A stretch of DNA of 64,000 nt from an uncultured Candidatus Saccharibacteria bacterium (GTDB lineage: Bacteria; Patescibacteriota; Doudnabacteria; UBA920). Below, in pieces: positions 55,601 through 64,000 of the stretch. A model generated the notes under the pieces. The model ran no database searches. It saw nothing but the letters and a program-made list of their open reading frames with translations, and had not been told where the DNA came from. Both the position numbers and the translations under genes were made by a program. The first letter of the stretch is position 1. Every line of letters starts with the position of its first letter. The stretch covers positions 26,111 to 90,110 of the forward strand of contig CAYTCJ010000002.1 of NCBI GenBank assembly GCA_964436545.1, given 5' to 3'.

Positions 55601-56345
55601 ATTTTAAAGACAAATCGTACCCGCGCATATCCAACCGGTCGGTATCGCTGGTATTCTTACCCGTGCCAATACACACTAAAACATCTTGTGCCACCATATC
55701 TTCCGGATAAATGTAATGACAATCGGCTGTGGCCACAATGGGTAAAGCATTTTGCTTGGCTAACGCGATCAATTTCCGGTTCAATTCTTCTTCTTTAATA
55801 TCTTGAGTTCGGCTATTTCTTTGCACTTCAATAAATAAATTATCCTTTCCAAAAATTTGTAAATACTTACTCAATACACCCTCGGCTTCCAAAGCCGAAC
55901 GATTCATTACCGTCCGGGCAATTTCGCCCCGTTGACATCCCGATAAACAAATTAAACCTTCGCTGTATTGCTTTAAAATTTCCAAATCGATCCTAGGTTT
56001 GTAATAAAACCCTTCCAAATGCGCGAGGGTGGTTAATTTGATTAAATGCTTATAACCTAACTCATTTTTAGCGAGTAAGGTTAAGTGAAAATAATCCGCA
56101 TCGGTTCTGCCATCTTTATCTTTTAAACTCCTGGGAGCCACGTAAGCCTCCAGACCCAGTATGGGTTTTATAGCATGTTCTTTACAAGTATTATAAAATT
56201 CTACCGCCCCATACATTACCCCATGGTCGGTAAGCGCCACCGCATGCATATTTAACTCTTTAACACGGTTAACCAAGGGTTCAATTTTACTTAAACCGTC
56301 TAAAAGGGAATAGTGGCTGTGGCAGTGTAAATGAGTAAAATCCAT
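52653..56345 (-). CDS. dnaE: DNA polymerase III alpha subunit
   Basis: PHP domain (MDFTHLHCHSHYSLLDG), polymerase core, HhH and OB-fold regions. Confidence 0.95.
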   Translation of the reverse strand: MDFTHLHCHSHYSLLDGLSKIEPLVNRVKELNMHAVALTDHGVMYGAVEFYNTCKEHAIKPILGLEAYVAPRSLKDKDGRTDADYFHLTLLAKNELGYKHLIKLTTLAHLEGFYYKPRIDLEILKQYSEGLICLSGCQRGEIARTVMNRSALEAEGVLSKYLQIFGKDNLFIEVQRNSRTQDIKEEELNRKLIALAKQNALPIVATADCHYIYPEDMVAQDVLVCIGTGKNTSDTDRLDMRGYDLSLKSPEKMSELFFDLPEAVANTQIVEQLCNLELKIDQRYFPKVEIPTGTSSKEFLKQKTYSRAQEIYGKPQADGKIPEMIKNRIDYELEIICKKDFDTYFLMVADVVEGAHKIGAITNTRGSAAGSIVGYILGITNVDPLYFELPFERFLTAHRPTPPDIDLDIADNRRDEAIAYITQKYGPDKVAQIITFGTMKARAGVRDVGRALGIPYSKCDRIAKMIPLGKQGFDMTLDKAIDMSAELKEAKDQDPETRQILEIAKKIEGNARHASMHAAGIVITPTPLTDYMPLQKEPEGERIITQYDMYALDVNSNSKAIGVVKLDLLGIKNLSILEKSVELVKQKHNLDVDIYNLPHPDEKTFKLLADGLTFGVFQLGSSGMTRYLMELKPSSIFDIMAMIALYRPGPMQFIEDYIKRKHNPNLIKYFDPAFEKILRRTYGILVYQDDLLTIAHDLAGYSWEEVDKFRKAVGKKIPEEMAKQKIKFIQGCMDTAGWSHTKANEVWNWIEPFAAYGFNKSHSASYAVVAYQTAYMKANFPVEFMTAVMTAESGDEEKIYEAVEECKAMGIKILPPDVNTSFADFTVVDSYAMPENLTSYRELGLKANPNGIIRFGLNAIKNLGSDVINKIIEARKSNQLIRNQLSANQLISNQLSANQLISLETSFASLQDFLLRTYVKNFNKRSWEALVKSGALDVFGERNQLLASTENILDFVREHFKSEEQGQVSLFGSSLNIGKLSLKQVEPASKEDKLSWEKEHLGMYVSAHPLDNYAKVLKHFTPIKDLKHKTDNSQVVIAGIISKLRKTLTKKNDPMAFVGVEDLTGVCEVLVFPKVMEQALPFLENEKIVQISGRISFNSTQKRKSPGQAVGQDRQAPAETGESFSENSLGYSLMAEEIKALPKDTNYESALSEMEKTKQFVIVMQKLAELTELNAIKSILHDYPGQMPVYLQIGFGNEVKKVKTQSLVNGQAELVIKLKNFNSIVKVDVL
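53641..53720. repeat. In-frame tandem repeat inside dnaE (30-nt unit x2 plus partial 8-nt CTGATTAG copies), encoding NQLSANQLIS x2
   Basis: CTGATTAGCTGATTAGCTGATAGCTGATTGCTAATTAGCTGATTAGCTGATAGCTGATTCCTAATTAG read directly. It translates on the minus strand to IRNQLSANQLISNQLSANQLIS. Confidence 0.7.
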
Positions 56346-56513
56346 AGAAAAAGTGAGTAAGTTGTAAGTTAAGTATTAAATCCTAGATACTACTCTTTAA
56401 TTCAAAGTTATTTGTCTTAAAATGCTGGCTTTAGCTAAACGCTAAGCGCTACCGACTAAATGCTAATCATACCCAGCATACCAAAATTCCTTTAGTTTTG
56501 CTATAATTAATTT

Positions 56514-57377
56514 ATGAGTCTACTAAAAGAAAAATTGGAATTAAAATTGGAAGAAGCGGAATTTACCACCCAACAGTCGCTAAGCCGGTTTTCCGCATTA
56601 CAAAAAAAATTTTTTTTGGTCGGTTTACTGGGCATTATACCTATGTATTTTATTGCTCAGTATGCTGGTAATTACTACTTTGCCAAAGCTTATCGAACTT
56701 ATCTGATTTCCGCCAAACCCAGCTACTTAAACAGCCAATCTTTAATAATAGACAGAATTGATATTGCATCTCTGGGCAATAACGAATATGCCATAGTGGG
56801 TCAAGTGAATAATCCAAACTTAGATTTAGCCACTAAACAAGTGCCTTATGAGTGGGTATTTTTTGACGCGAAAGCTCAAATTACCGCCCCCAGCCAAAGC
56901 GGGAAACTCAGTATAAGTCCCAATGAAAAAAAATACCTGATTCTTCCCGTGGTTAAATCTTTAAGTCCGATTGCCAAAGCGGAAATTCGTTTTCTTAAAG
57001 AACCCGTCTGGCAAAAAAAAATAAATGTGGAAAAACTTTCGCTCATTACCAGCCAACCTAAAGGTTATGACCAAACTAATCCTTTTGGTTATGTTTTGGA
57101 AGGGGAAGTCTACAATAACAGCCCCTATTTAATAAAAGAAATCAAACTCAATTTTATACTCCTGGGCCTAGGCGGAAAAATTATTGGCGCCAGCTATAGA
57201 AGCGAATTTGATCTATTACCCAAACAAAAAAGATCTTACAAACATTTTTGGCCGGAGATTTCCGGAAAAAATATTGTAAAAGCCGAGACAATTGTGGAAA
57301 CCGACCTGCTAAATAAAGACAATCTAAAAATTCCGGAGAGCGAGTCCAATAATAATGCGGGTTTTTTGGGCAGGTAA
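56514..57377 (+). CDS. Hypothetical membrane-anchored protein (287 aa)
   Basis: One N-terminal TM helix. No motif recognised. Confidence 0.4.
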   Translation: MSLLKEKLELKLEEAEFTTQQSLSRFSALQKKFFLVGLLGIIPMYFIAQYAGNYYFAKAYRTYLISAKPSYLNSQSLIIDRIDIASLGNNEYAIVGQVNNPNLDLATKQVPYEWVFFDAKAQITAPSQSGKLSISPNEKKYLILPVVKSLSPIAKAEIRFLKEPVWQKKINVEKLSLITSQPKGYDQTNPFGYVLEGEVYNNSPYLIKEIKLNFILLGLGGKIIGASYRSEFDLLPKQKRSYKHFWPEISGKNIVKAETIVETDLLNKDNLKIPESESNNNAGFLGR

Positions 57378-57379
57378 CT

Positions 57380-58480
57380 ATGCCAATTAATTTTAGTAAA
57401 TTTAAATATTTAGACATTCCTCAACTAATTGCCATTGTATTAACTTCCCTAGCCGGCTTGGCGCTACTCTACAGCACCTCCTTTGCCAGTGAACAGTTGA
57501 ATATTTTTTGGCGACAAGTGATTTTCTTTTTCATTGGTTGGGGATTGTTTTGGTTTTTTGCTTTTTTCGACTACCACAACTTAGCCAAACAACAACGTTG
57601 GCTGTATATCATTATTTTGCTGTTTTTAATCTATTTGATTATTTTTGGCACCAACATCCGAGGGGGTAGCCGTTGGATTACTTTGGGATTTTTTAATTTT
57701 CAACCCGCGGAATTTGCAAAAATTGTCTGTATTTTGGGCATTAGTCGCATATTATATTTACAAAGAGGCAGTGTGAATTCGCTTTGGAGTATTCTGAAAA
57801 TTATTTTATTCATTGCTCTGCCCGCCATACTGGTCTTAATGGAGCCGGACTTAGGTTCAGCTTTAGTTATTGGAGGAATTGGAATTTTAAGTCTGTTTAT
57901 TAGCCCAATCACCAAAAAATATATTTTAGGCTTATGTTTGGTAGGTATACTTTTAGCCGGATTGTCTTGGAAATTTTTTTTACAGGACTTTCAAAAAAAC
58001 CGCATAAAAATTTTTTTGAATCCCAGTATGGATTTAAGGGGTGAAGGATATAATGTCAGGCAAGCGGTGGTAGCAGTAGGCAGTGGAAAAATTTTTGGCA
58101 AAGGTCTGGCTTTAGGCTCTCAAAGCCAAAATAAATTTTTGCCGGAAAGACAAACCGATTTTATTTTTGCAGCCAGTGCCGAGCAAATTGGTTTTGTAGG
58201 ATCCTTAACTTTAGTCTTACTTTATGGTTTTATTGCCTTCCGACTATTACACATTATGCACCAAACTAAGGATGATTTAGGGTATTACATTACCGGGGGA
58301 GTATTTTTTCTGTTTATTATTCATACTTTGGTCAACGTGGGTATGAATATTGGTCTTCTGCCGGTTACCGGCATTCCCTTACCTTTTTTGAGCGCCGGGG
58401 GCAGTTTCTTTTTAACCGTTATGATGAGTCTGGGCATTGCGCAAAATGTCAGCTTACAATCAAAAATTTTGAGATTTTGA
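57380..58480 (+). CDS. SEDS-family peptidoglycan glycosyltransferase (FtsW/RodA)
   Basis: Ten TM helices and conserved SEDS blocks (LDLRGEGYNVRQAVVAVGSGKIFGKGL, FIFAASAEQIGFVGS, PLPFLSAGGS). Confidence 0.85.
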   Translation: MPINFSKFKYLDIPQLIAIVLTSLAGLALLYSTSFASEQLNIFWRQVIFFFIGWGLFWFFAFFDYHNLAKQQRWLYIIILLFLIYLIIFGTNIRGGSRWITLGFFNFQPAEFAKIVCILGISRILYLQRGSVNSLWSILKIILFIALPAILVLMEPDLGSALVIGGIGILSLFISPITKKYILGLCLVGILLAGLSWKFFLQDFQKNRIKIFLNPSMDLRGEGYNVRQAVVAVGSGKIFGKGLALGSQSQNKFLPERQTDFIFAASAEQIGFVGSLTLVLLYGFIAFRLLHIMHQTKDDLGYYITGGVFFLFIIHTLVNVGMNIGLLPVTGIPLPFLSAGGSFFLTVMMSLGIAQNVSLQSKILRF

Positions 58481-58591
58481 TTTTTTATGCTATATTGAAT
58501 CCGAGATTTTTTAGAGTTTCTAAAACTATGCTAGTAATGAAAAATCCCATGTCAGCTGAACAACAATCATACAAAGCCTAAGAAAAAATCT

Positions 58592-58960
58592 ATGAAAAAT
58601 ATTGATCTCAATAAAGTCATGGCCTGGCTGGGACAGGTGCTAAAATGTCCGGTTTGCCAGACTAAATATAAAATCAATACCGCTAAAATCATTGAGAGCT
58701 GGTCAGATGAGATTTACGGAGAAGCCGGGATATTAATTCATTCGGACTGCGCCAAATGCAAATCATCGGTCATGTTTAATGTGGAAGTAAGAGGTCCGGA
58801 AGTGTATTCGGTGGGCATGATTACCGATCTCACTGGCCAAGATTCCGCCAAATTTAAAACTCATAAACCCCTTAGCAGTAACGATGTCTTAAACATTCAT
58901 TCGGAGTTAAAAACTCTAAATGGTGATTTTATTTCACTCTTAAGTAAAAAAGCGTTATAA
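58592..58960 (+). CDS. Hypothetical protein with Cys4 zinc-ribbon (CPVC...CAKC)
   Basis: ORF with CxxC...CxxC pattern. Confidence 0.4.
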   Translation: MKNIDLNKVMAWLGQVLKCPVCQTKYKINTAKIIESWSDEIYGEAGILIHSDCAKCKSSVMFNVEVRGPEVYSVGMITDLTGQDSAKFKTHKPLSSNDVLNIHSELKTLNGDFISLLSKKAL

Positions 58961-59026
58961 ACTAACGCTTTTTTAAAAAATTAATGGAGCTTACACCTCC
59001 TGTAATCTCTAATCAAATAAAAATTT

Positions 59027-60979
59027 ATGTCAGTAAAAAAACTTCTCTGTCTAATGGCAGTGGTAATGTTAATGCCTTGGCAAAATGTCAGGGCGCTGAG
59101 TTATTTGGAAATTTTAAGACACGCGAGAGTACTGGGGGTAAGTGATTACTCCGAACAAACAGTATTTCAAAACCCCAATTTACATCTGCGAGTTCAACCC
59201 TTAGCCTTTAATCAGGAAACCCAAAAATGGAATTATAAAATACTTTGGAATCGAATTGTAGGCAGAAGTGGCTCTATATATTTAAACAATAATTTATTAA
59301 TAGCGAGCGCTACTAACTCTGGGGAAATAGAAACCGGTTTTATAATTTTACCAAAATCGACTAATCGTCTAATTTTCTATTCACAAACTTACGGCAAAGG
59401 AGTAAGAGTTGCTAATAGAGGTTTTGTAGCTTTAGAAGCTCCGGAAACCAGCAACAACAATCAAAATCCTGAATCTTTATTACCCGAAATTGAAACAAAT
59501 ATTCCTGTGCCACCAGTAACCCATACTCAAACGTTTAATATGTCTGAATTTTGCCAAGGCCCAACCATTGCCGTGACACCCGAAGAATTTAAACCGGTTG
59601 TAGGCAGAATTGTTGACTCTCCTTTAATAAATTTTAACAACAACGGTCAAACTTTTTGGTTAATGGATGCCGAAAACGGAATTCAAAAAACTGCCGGACC
59701 GGCCGAAAAACCCTTATCGTTAAACATTTGGGCTAGACCCAAAAATAAAAATGACCTCTTTACCAACATTGGTAAAAATTCCGAATTTCCCATTGTGGTA
59801 AATGGCTTACCTTACTCAACTCAAGCTTGGATAGTAAACCTCTATCAAGCCCCCGATGGACTATTGGCATTTATACATATTGAGGCTTTAAAAGATGACG
59901 ATCATTGGGCTGGAAGAGTAGGATTAGCTTGGTCTAGGGACAACGGGAATAGCTTTACTTATTTGGGACACATTATCCAAATGGACATGACTAAATCTGT
60001 GGAACCCGACAGCAATGATGTAAGCAATGTGCAAGGCGTGCCATACTTAGTAAAACCCGAAAATCCTAATCTGCCAATCTCTGCGAGCAATCCGGAATAT
60101 TTTTATATTTATTATATGGAACGCGGACATGGCTACAAAGTAGGTGTGGCTAGAGCTAAAGTTCAAGATGTACTAAACTCAGCGAGAAATGGCACAACTA
60201 CGGAATGGAAAAAATATTATAATCGAAAATTTGAAAGCAAAGGTTTGGGCGGTGAAGCCACACCCACCAACCTAAATGGAGTAACTCATACCGATGCAGC
60301 CTTTAGCACAGTCACCAAAAAAGGTTACTTGATTTTAACCATGCCATCTAATTTAGACGGTAGAAACACCACTAGAGTGGAATTACATGAATCAGATAAT
60401 ATGGTTGATTGGAAATTAAAATCTGTAATCGCTTCCGACAGAACCAAACGCGACTCAAATAATAGAATTTTAGACAAGCCCGGTTACCAATATGCCACCA
60501 TCATTAATCCTAACGGTTTAGAACAAGGAACTATTGCGGATAGTATGAAATTACTAGTTATACATAACTACGATAAGCCTGAAGGGGAGGATGCTTATCG
60601 TGCTTACTTATGGAATATTAATGTCAATTCCAGCCAAAACCCCATTTGCCCCAATTACCAATTTTGGGACACAGGGGATTTTATCTACAATAATGAAGTA
60701 TACTATTCCAACAGCCACAGTTATTGCAAGCGCGCCAAAGCGGTACCCACTGACACAGCTGTTCGACTTTACAGTTTACCTACACATTTAGGTGGGGGAG
60801 ATCTGTGCGAAAACAATATTCCGGCTCAAAACTTTAGATATAGAGGTGAATTATATTATTCCAATGGAGGTGGAATGTATTGTAAATATCGAAATCAAAA
60901 CGCCGATGGCGGAACCGCGGAAGTTTATTGGGCAATTCCTTCCAATATGCAAAATCACGGCACCTGTTATGGCGGATAG
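59027..60979 (+). CDS. Secreted hypothetical protein (650 aa) with two C-terminal Cys-rich repeats
   Basis: N-terminal signal peptide (MSVKKLLCLMAVVMLMPWQNVRA). C-terminal repeats CPNYQFWDTGDFIYNNEVYYSN..YCK and CENNIPAQNFRYRGELYYSNGGGMYCK. Confidence 0.5.
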   Translation: MSVKKLLCLMAVVMLMPWQNVRALSYLEILRHARVLGVSDYSEQTVFQNPNLHLRVQPLAFNQETQKWNYKILWNRIVGRSGSIYLNNNLLIASATNSGEIETGFIILPKSTNRLIFYSQTYGKGVRVANRGFVALEAPETSNNNQNPESLLPEIETNIPVPPVTHTQTFNMSEFCQGPTIAVTPEEFKPVVGRIVDSPLINFNNNGQTFWLMDAENGIQKTAGPAEKPLSLNIWARPKNKNDLFTNIGKNSEFPIVVNGLPYSTQAWIVNLYQAPDGLLAFIHIEALKDDDHWAGRVGLAWSRDNGNSFTYLGHIIQMDMTKSVEPDSNDVSNVQGVPYLVKPENPNLPISASNPEYFYIYYMERGHGYKVGVARAKVQDVLNSARNGTTTEWKKYYNRKFESKGLGGEATPTNLNGVTHTDAAFSTVTKKGYLILTMPSNLDGRNTTRVELHESDNMVDWKLKSVIASDRTKRDSNNRILDKPGYQYATIINPNGLEQGTIADSMKLLVIHNYDKPEGEDAYRAYLWNINVNSSQNPICPNYQFWDTGDFIYNNEVYYSNSHSYCKRAKAVPTDTAVRLYSLPTHLGGGDLCENNIPAQNFRYRGELYYSNGGGMYCKYRNQNADGGTAEVYWAIPSNMQNHGTCYGG

Positions 60980-61011
60980 AGACTTTAAAGCTTAATCAAA
61001 TAAAAATATTT

Positions 61012-61041
61012 AAGGGCGCCACGTTTACACAGGGCGCCCTT
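61012..61041 (-). terminator. Terminator for the GC-rich minus-strand gene (AAGGGCGCC...GGCGCCCTT, then A/T-rich tract on the minus strand)
   Basis: 9-bp GC stem followed on the minus strand by AAATATTTTTATTT. Confidence 0.5.
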
Positions 61042-61529
61042 TATGCTGCGCGTTTGAGTCCACCACCCCAGCACCCCCGGCGCCGAGAAGGGAACTCCAA
61101 AACGCGCCCCCCGCCTTTTTCTTCAGGCGGGTCTTGATGCGGCCACGGGCACTCTGGGTAGTGCCGAAAACGGATCTCGATCCGCGTCCGATTTTCCCAA
61201 AAGTCCCCGGCCATAACCACCCAAGTTTCCCGAACATACTCGTCCCCCGAGTAGATCGGGAACGGGAAATCGCTACCGCTACACTGCTTGGAGCAGTAGT
61301 AGCAAACTCGTTCTTCCCGCGTCCGGCGAATTTCCGAGCCCAGCAACCGAGGAAGGTGGCGGGAATGCCACTTAACCTTCTCGTCACTTGGCACGAAAAC
61401 CGGGTGGTCCGGAACGACCACTTTGGCGCCCTCACAAGAGGGGCACCAATGAACTTTGTTTTTCCCGGAGCGCTTATACGCTTGCCCGGGCATAATTTCC
61501 CCTCCACAGAGGGCGCAGAACTCAAACAT
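61041..61529 (-). CDS. Cys-rich hypothetical protein encoded in a GC-rich (~57% GC) island, possibly horizontally acquired
   Basis: Translation MFEFCALCGGEIMPGQAYKRSGKNKVHWCPSCEG...CYYCSKQC has CxxC...CxxC zinc-ribbon spacing. It has its own terminator. The other two frames translate to junk. Start set at the second Met. Confidence 0.4.
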   Translation of the reverse strand: MFEFCALCGGEIMPGQAYKRSGKNKVHWCPSCEGAKVVVPDHPVFVPSDEKVKWHSRHLPRLLGSEIRRTREERVCYYCSKQCSGSDFPFPIYSGDEYVRETWVVMAGDFWENRTRIEIRFRHYPECPWPHQDPPEEKGGGRVLEFPSRRRGCWGGGLKRAA

Positions 61530-61590
61530 TCTGTATGCCCTCCTTTGGCATTCGCTAAGTCTAAACTTAATAAATAAAAAAATCAATACT

Positions 61591-61618
61591 TTACAAAAGC
61601 TAAAGATTGTAGTATAAT
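61591..61618 (+). promoter_or_regulatory. Candidate promoter of rplY (TTACAA, 16-nt spacer, TATAAT)
   Basis: TTACAA 61591-61596 and TATAAT 61613-61618. Confidence 0.4.
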
Positions 61619-61686
61619 CGTAAAACTAATTAAGATTTTGTGAGTAGGCGAAAAAACGCCAATGGGCAAAATCCATAAGGATAACT

Positions 61687-62385
61687 ATGAATAAAGTAAA
61701 GTTGAACGCCAAAGTCAGAGACATAAAAAATAAAGTGCATAAACTCATTAAAGGCGGGGATATCCCGGCTGTGCTTTATGGTCACAACATAAAAAATATC
61801 AACTTAAGCCTAAAAAAGACCGAATTTGAAAGATGTTTAAAATCTGCCGGTGAAAGTAGCATTGTAGATTTGGCCATTGAAGGCGAAAAAACCGAAAGAC
61901 CGGTTTTGATTCAAGATGTTCAATTGCATTTTTTAACCAACGAACCGATTCATGCCGATTTTTACCAAGTGAGCATGACCGAAAAACTCAAAGCACGCGT
62001 AGCTTTGGAATTCGTGGGCGAATCTCCGGCGGTTAAAGCCATGGGTGGAATTTTGGTTAAAGTTATGAATGAAATTGAAGTGCAATGTCTCCCTGCCGAT
62101 TTACCTCATAACATTCAAGTGGATATTGCCAGCTTAACCGATTTCAGCCAAGCCATTCACATCCGCGATCTTAAACTGGGGGATAAAGTCCAAATTTTAG
62201 CTAACCCCGAGGAAGTAATTGCCAAAGTCCAACCGCCCCGAGACGTGGAAGCCGAATTGGCTAAAGGCACCGATGAAAAAACCGCGGTAGAAGCCGTAGT
62301 CGCCGCTTCGGAAAAAGTTAAGACCCCCGAGGAAGCCAAAGCCGGGGCTGAAGAAAAAACCAAAGAAGAGAAACCTAAAAAATAA
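61687..62385 (+). CDS. rplY: 50S ribosomal protein L25 / general stress protein Ctc
   Basis: N-terminal L25 beta-barrel (LNAKVRDIKNKVHKLIKGGDIPAVLYGH), Ctc-type C-terminal domain and acidic/Lys tail. Confidence 0.85.
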   Translation: MNKVKLNAKVRDIKNKVHKLIKGGDIPAVLYGHNIKNINLSLKKTEFERCLKSAGESSIVDLAIEGEKTERPVLIQDVQLHFLTNEPIHADFYQVSMTEKLKARVALEFVGESPAVKAMGGILVKVMNEIEVQCLPADLPHNIQVDIASLTDFSQAIHIRDLKLGDKVQILANPEEVIAKVQPPRDVEAELAKGTDEKTAVEAVVAASEKVKTPEEAKAGAEEKTKEEKPKK

Positions 62386-62407
62386 TTTCTCCAACTTTTG
62401 CCTCCCG

Positions 62408-63292
62408 ATGCCCATCGGGGGGCAAATTTATTTTATGCTCAAAAAACTGCTGATTATAAAATTTTTACTTGTAATAGGGTTAGGCTGTTGGTTAGTGGGC
62501 TTTTATGCCATCAACTTTAAACAGCAAACTCAACCGGAAACCTCTGGTTTATTTCCCCCCACAGTTAAAACTCTTAGCCTGCCAATTTTAATGTATCACC
62601 ATGTGGGGGATTTGCCTAAACAACCCAACTTAATTAGAAAAGACCTGACTGTAAGCAAAGAAAATTTCAAACAACAAGTGGAATATATTTACAACCAAGG
62701 CTTTGTTAGCATTAAGCTGGCAGATATCTATTCCTATGCCTTAGGAACTAAACTGTTACCCGAAAAACCCATTATTTTTACTTTTGATGATGGCTACGAA
62801 GACGTTTTTGAGAACGCCTTGCCCGTTTTGGAGCACTTTGGATTTACCGGCACCGTGGCGCTAATTACCGAATTTCAAGGCACCACCATAGGTGATAACA
62901 CTTACGGCGATTGGCAAGCAATCAACCACGCTTTAAGCCAAGGTCATGAAATGGTTTCGCATACTCACACGCATTTCGATGGTGCCAATAAAAAATACAC
63001 CGATGAATTTATCCAAAACAATTTAAAAAACTCGCTTATTTCCATAGAAAAACATACGAGGATTAAAACCCTAACTTTAGTTTATCCTTATGGACACTAC
63101 ACGCCCAATTATATACGCTTAGCCCAACTTACTGGTTTTAAACTGGGCCTTACGACCAAAGAGGGGAGTCAAATCAATTTAGATAACTTAATGGAAATTC
63201 CGAGACTCAGAATCCATAGAACCACCACGCTTCAGCAGTTAATTCACAAACTCTCTCCGGCTAATTTGGCAAAATCGCCAACGACCAAATAA
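62408..63292 (+). CDS. Polysaccharide deacetylase (NodB/CE4 family), membrane-anchored
   Basis: TM helix followed by ILMYHHVGD...IIFTFDDGYEDVFENALPVL...HTHTH NodB motifs. The start may instead be at 62435 (MLKKLL). Confidence 0.8.
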   Translation: MPIGGQIYFMLKKLLIIKFLLVIGLGCWLVGFYAINFKQQTQPETSGLFPPTVKTLSLPILMYHHVGDLPKQPNLIRKDLTVSKENFKQQVEYIYNQGFVSIKLADIYSYALGTKLLPEKPIIFTFDDGYEDVFENALPVLEHFGFTGTVALITEFQGTTIGDNTYGDWQAINHALSQGHEMVSHTHTHFDGANKKYTDEFIQNNLKNSLISIEKHTRIKTLTLVYPYGHYTPNYIRLAQLTGFKLGLTTKEGSQINLDNLMEIPRLRIHRTTTLQQLIHKLSPANLAKSPTTK

Positions 63293-64000
63293 ATCTTTAA
63301 AAAACTCTGTCCGAGTATCCGGTAAAATTCCTTTAATCATTCGATGTAACTCAGTTTTTTGGCGCGGATCAAATTCCAAAAAAATAATTTTGGGTTGATG
63401 CTTCTGGCCCGCAACTTGCTCTAATAAAGATCTAATGTGATACAATCCATGCTCTTTGGCAAATAAAGCTTGCTGAGGCTCAAATTTCAGACCCGCGGTC
63501 TCGGTGCTAGAATTATTTTTCCATTCATTCCAACCATACGGCAAATTAGCAATAATTATATCAAAATTCATTTTAATATTTTTAAAAAGGTTTGAATGGA
63601 TAAATTTAATTTTTACATTATGCATTTTTGCGTTTTGTTTTGCCACAGACAAAGCTTTTTTAGAAATGTCTGATGCGGTAACTGAAAATTCTGAATTGAG
63701 AATTGAAAATTGTTTTGCCAATGAAACAGCAATACAGCCACTGCCCGTGCCCACATCGAGAATTTTAATCACGCCCCCTTTACCCCCTCTGTGGCCAAAG
63801 AGGGGGGAGGGGGAGTTTTTTTTCACTGGATAACCCAATAACTTAACGGACTTAATAACCTGTTCCACCAAATCTTCTGTCTCCGGTCTGGGAATCAGCA
63901 CATCTTTATTCACCTTAAACCTAAGCCCTAAAAAATCTTTGTAGCCTAAAATATAAGCTATAGGCTCACCCTTTTGCCTACGCTTAATCATTTTCTTTAA
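63239..64000 (-). CDS. prmC: Release-factor glutamine methyltransferase PrmC/HemK, 3' portion. The N-terminus lies beyond the window edge.
   Basis: EPIAYILGYKDFLGLRFKV, ILDVGTGSGCIAVSLA (motif I) and the NLPYGW (NPPY-type) motif. The ORF is open at the right window edge. Confidence 0.8.
   Translation of the reverse strand, partial: LKKMIKRRQKGEPIAYILGYKDFLGLRFKVNKDVLIPRPETEDLVEQVIKSVKLLGYPVKKNSPSPLFGHRGGKGGVIKILDVGTGSGCIAVSLAKQFSILNSEFSVTASDISKKALSVAKQNAKMHNVKIKFIHSNLFKNIKMNFDIIIANLPYGWNEWKNNSSTETAGLKFEPQQALFAKEHGLYHIRSLLEQVAGQKHQPKIIFLEFDPRQKTELHRMIKGILPDTRTEFFKDLFGRWRFCQISRREFVN

Noticed and set aside
57181-57417. 78-aa minus-strand ORF spanning the junction of the membrane protein and the SEDS gene
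   Set aside because: It overlaps two co-directional, well-supported CDSs on the opposite strand.
61025-61577. Alternative ORFs 61025-61525 (-) and 61134-61577 (+) in the second GC-rich island
   Set aside because: Their translations are Gly/Arg/Ser/Pro-rich, composition-driven junk. Only the 61041-61529 minus frame has protein-like composition, Cys pairs and a matching terminator.

Overview
The window is AT-rich (~38% GC) and gene-dense, with the small proteins, pilin-like domains and split or minimal enzymes typical of a reduced-genome Patescibacteria/CPR-type organism. Most genes are housekeeping and were identified from recognisable motifs in the supplied translations.

Main content, in order:
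- lepA 3' end, FtsB-like and parvulin genes, two paralogous pilin-like proteins, murI and tRNA-Thr.
- A complete F0F1 ATP synthase operon (atpZ-like, B, E, F, H, A, G, D, C) interrupted by two extra genes. One is a four-helix-bundle (23S-IVS-type) protein flanked by inverted repeats.
- A short CCA-enzyme-like gene and a tRNA cluster (fMet, a second CAU tRNA, Asp).
- rmuC, NYN and PIN nucleases, and a UvrD-type helicase fused to a PD-(D/E)XK nuclease.
- A pilin-domain surface protein broken by tandem in-frame TAA TAA.
- A PheS fused to a PheT-type anticodon-binding domain (mitochondrial-like architecture) with a separate tRNA-binding protein upstream.
- gyrB, greA, lysS (with a long C-terminal extension), a Nudix hydrolase, serS, ftsQ-like, an archaeal-type UMP kinase and a cysteine desulfurase.
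- A three-gene glycosyltransferase cluster (GT-C, GT2, GT4), rplU, recR, dnaB, cysS, a Kef-type antiporter and two tandem adenylate-kinase-like genes.
- map, thrS, dnaE carrying an in-frame 30-nt tandem duplication, a SEDS (FtsW/RodA) protein, rplY, a polysaccharide deacetylase and the 3' part of prmC.

Unusual items:
- A GC-rich ~360-nt intergenic island upstream of cysS that looks like a structured ncRNA with RNase-P-like motifs but could not be classified.
- A ~400-bp miniature element with ~45-bp terminal inverted repeats carrying a GIY-YIG nuclease gene.
- A GC-rich ~560-bp island encoding a Cys-rich protein, flanked by AT-rich direct repeats.
- A 16-bp palindrome (TCCGCCAGCTGGCGGA) present twice, 22 kb apart.

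No CRISPR array or rRNA gene was found.
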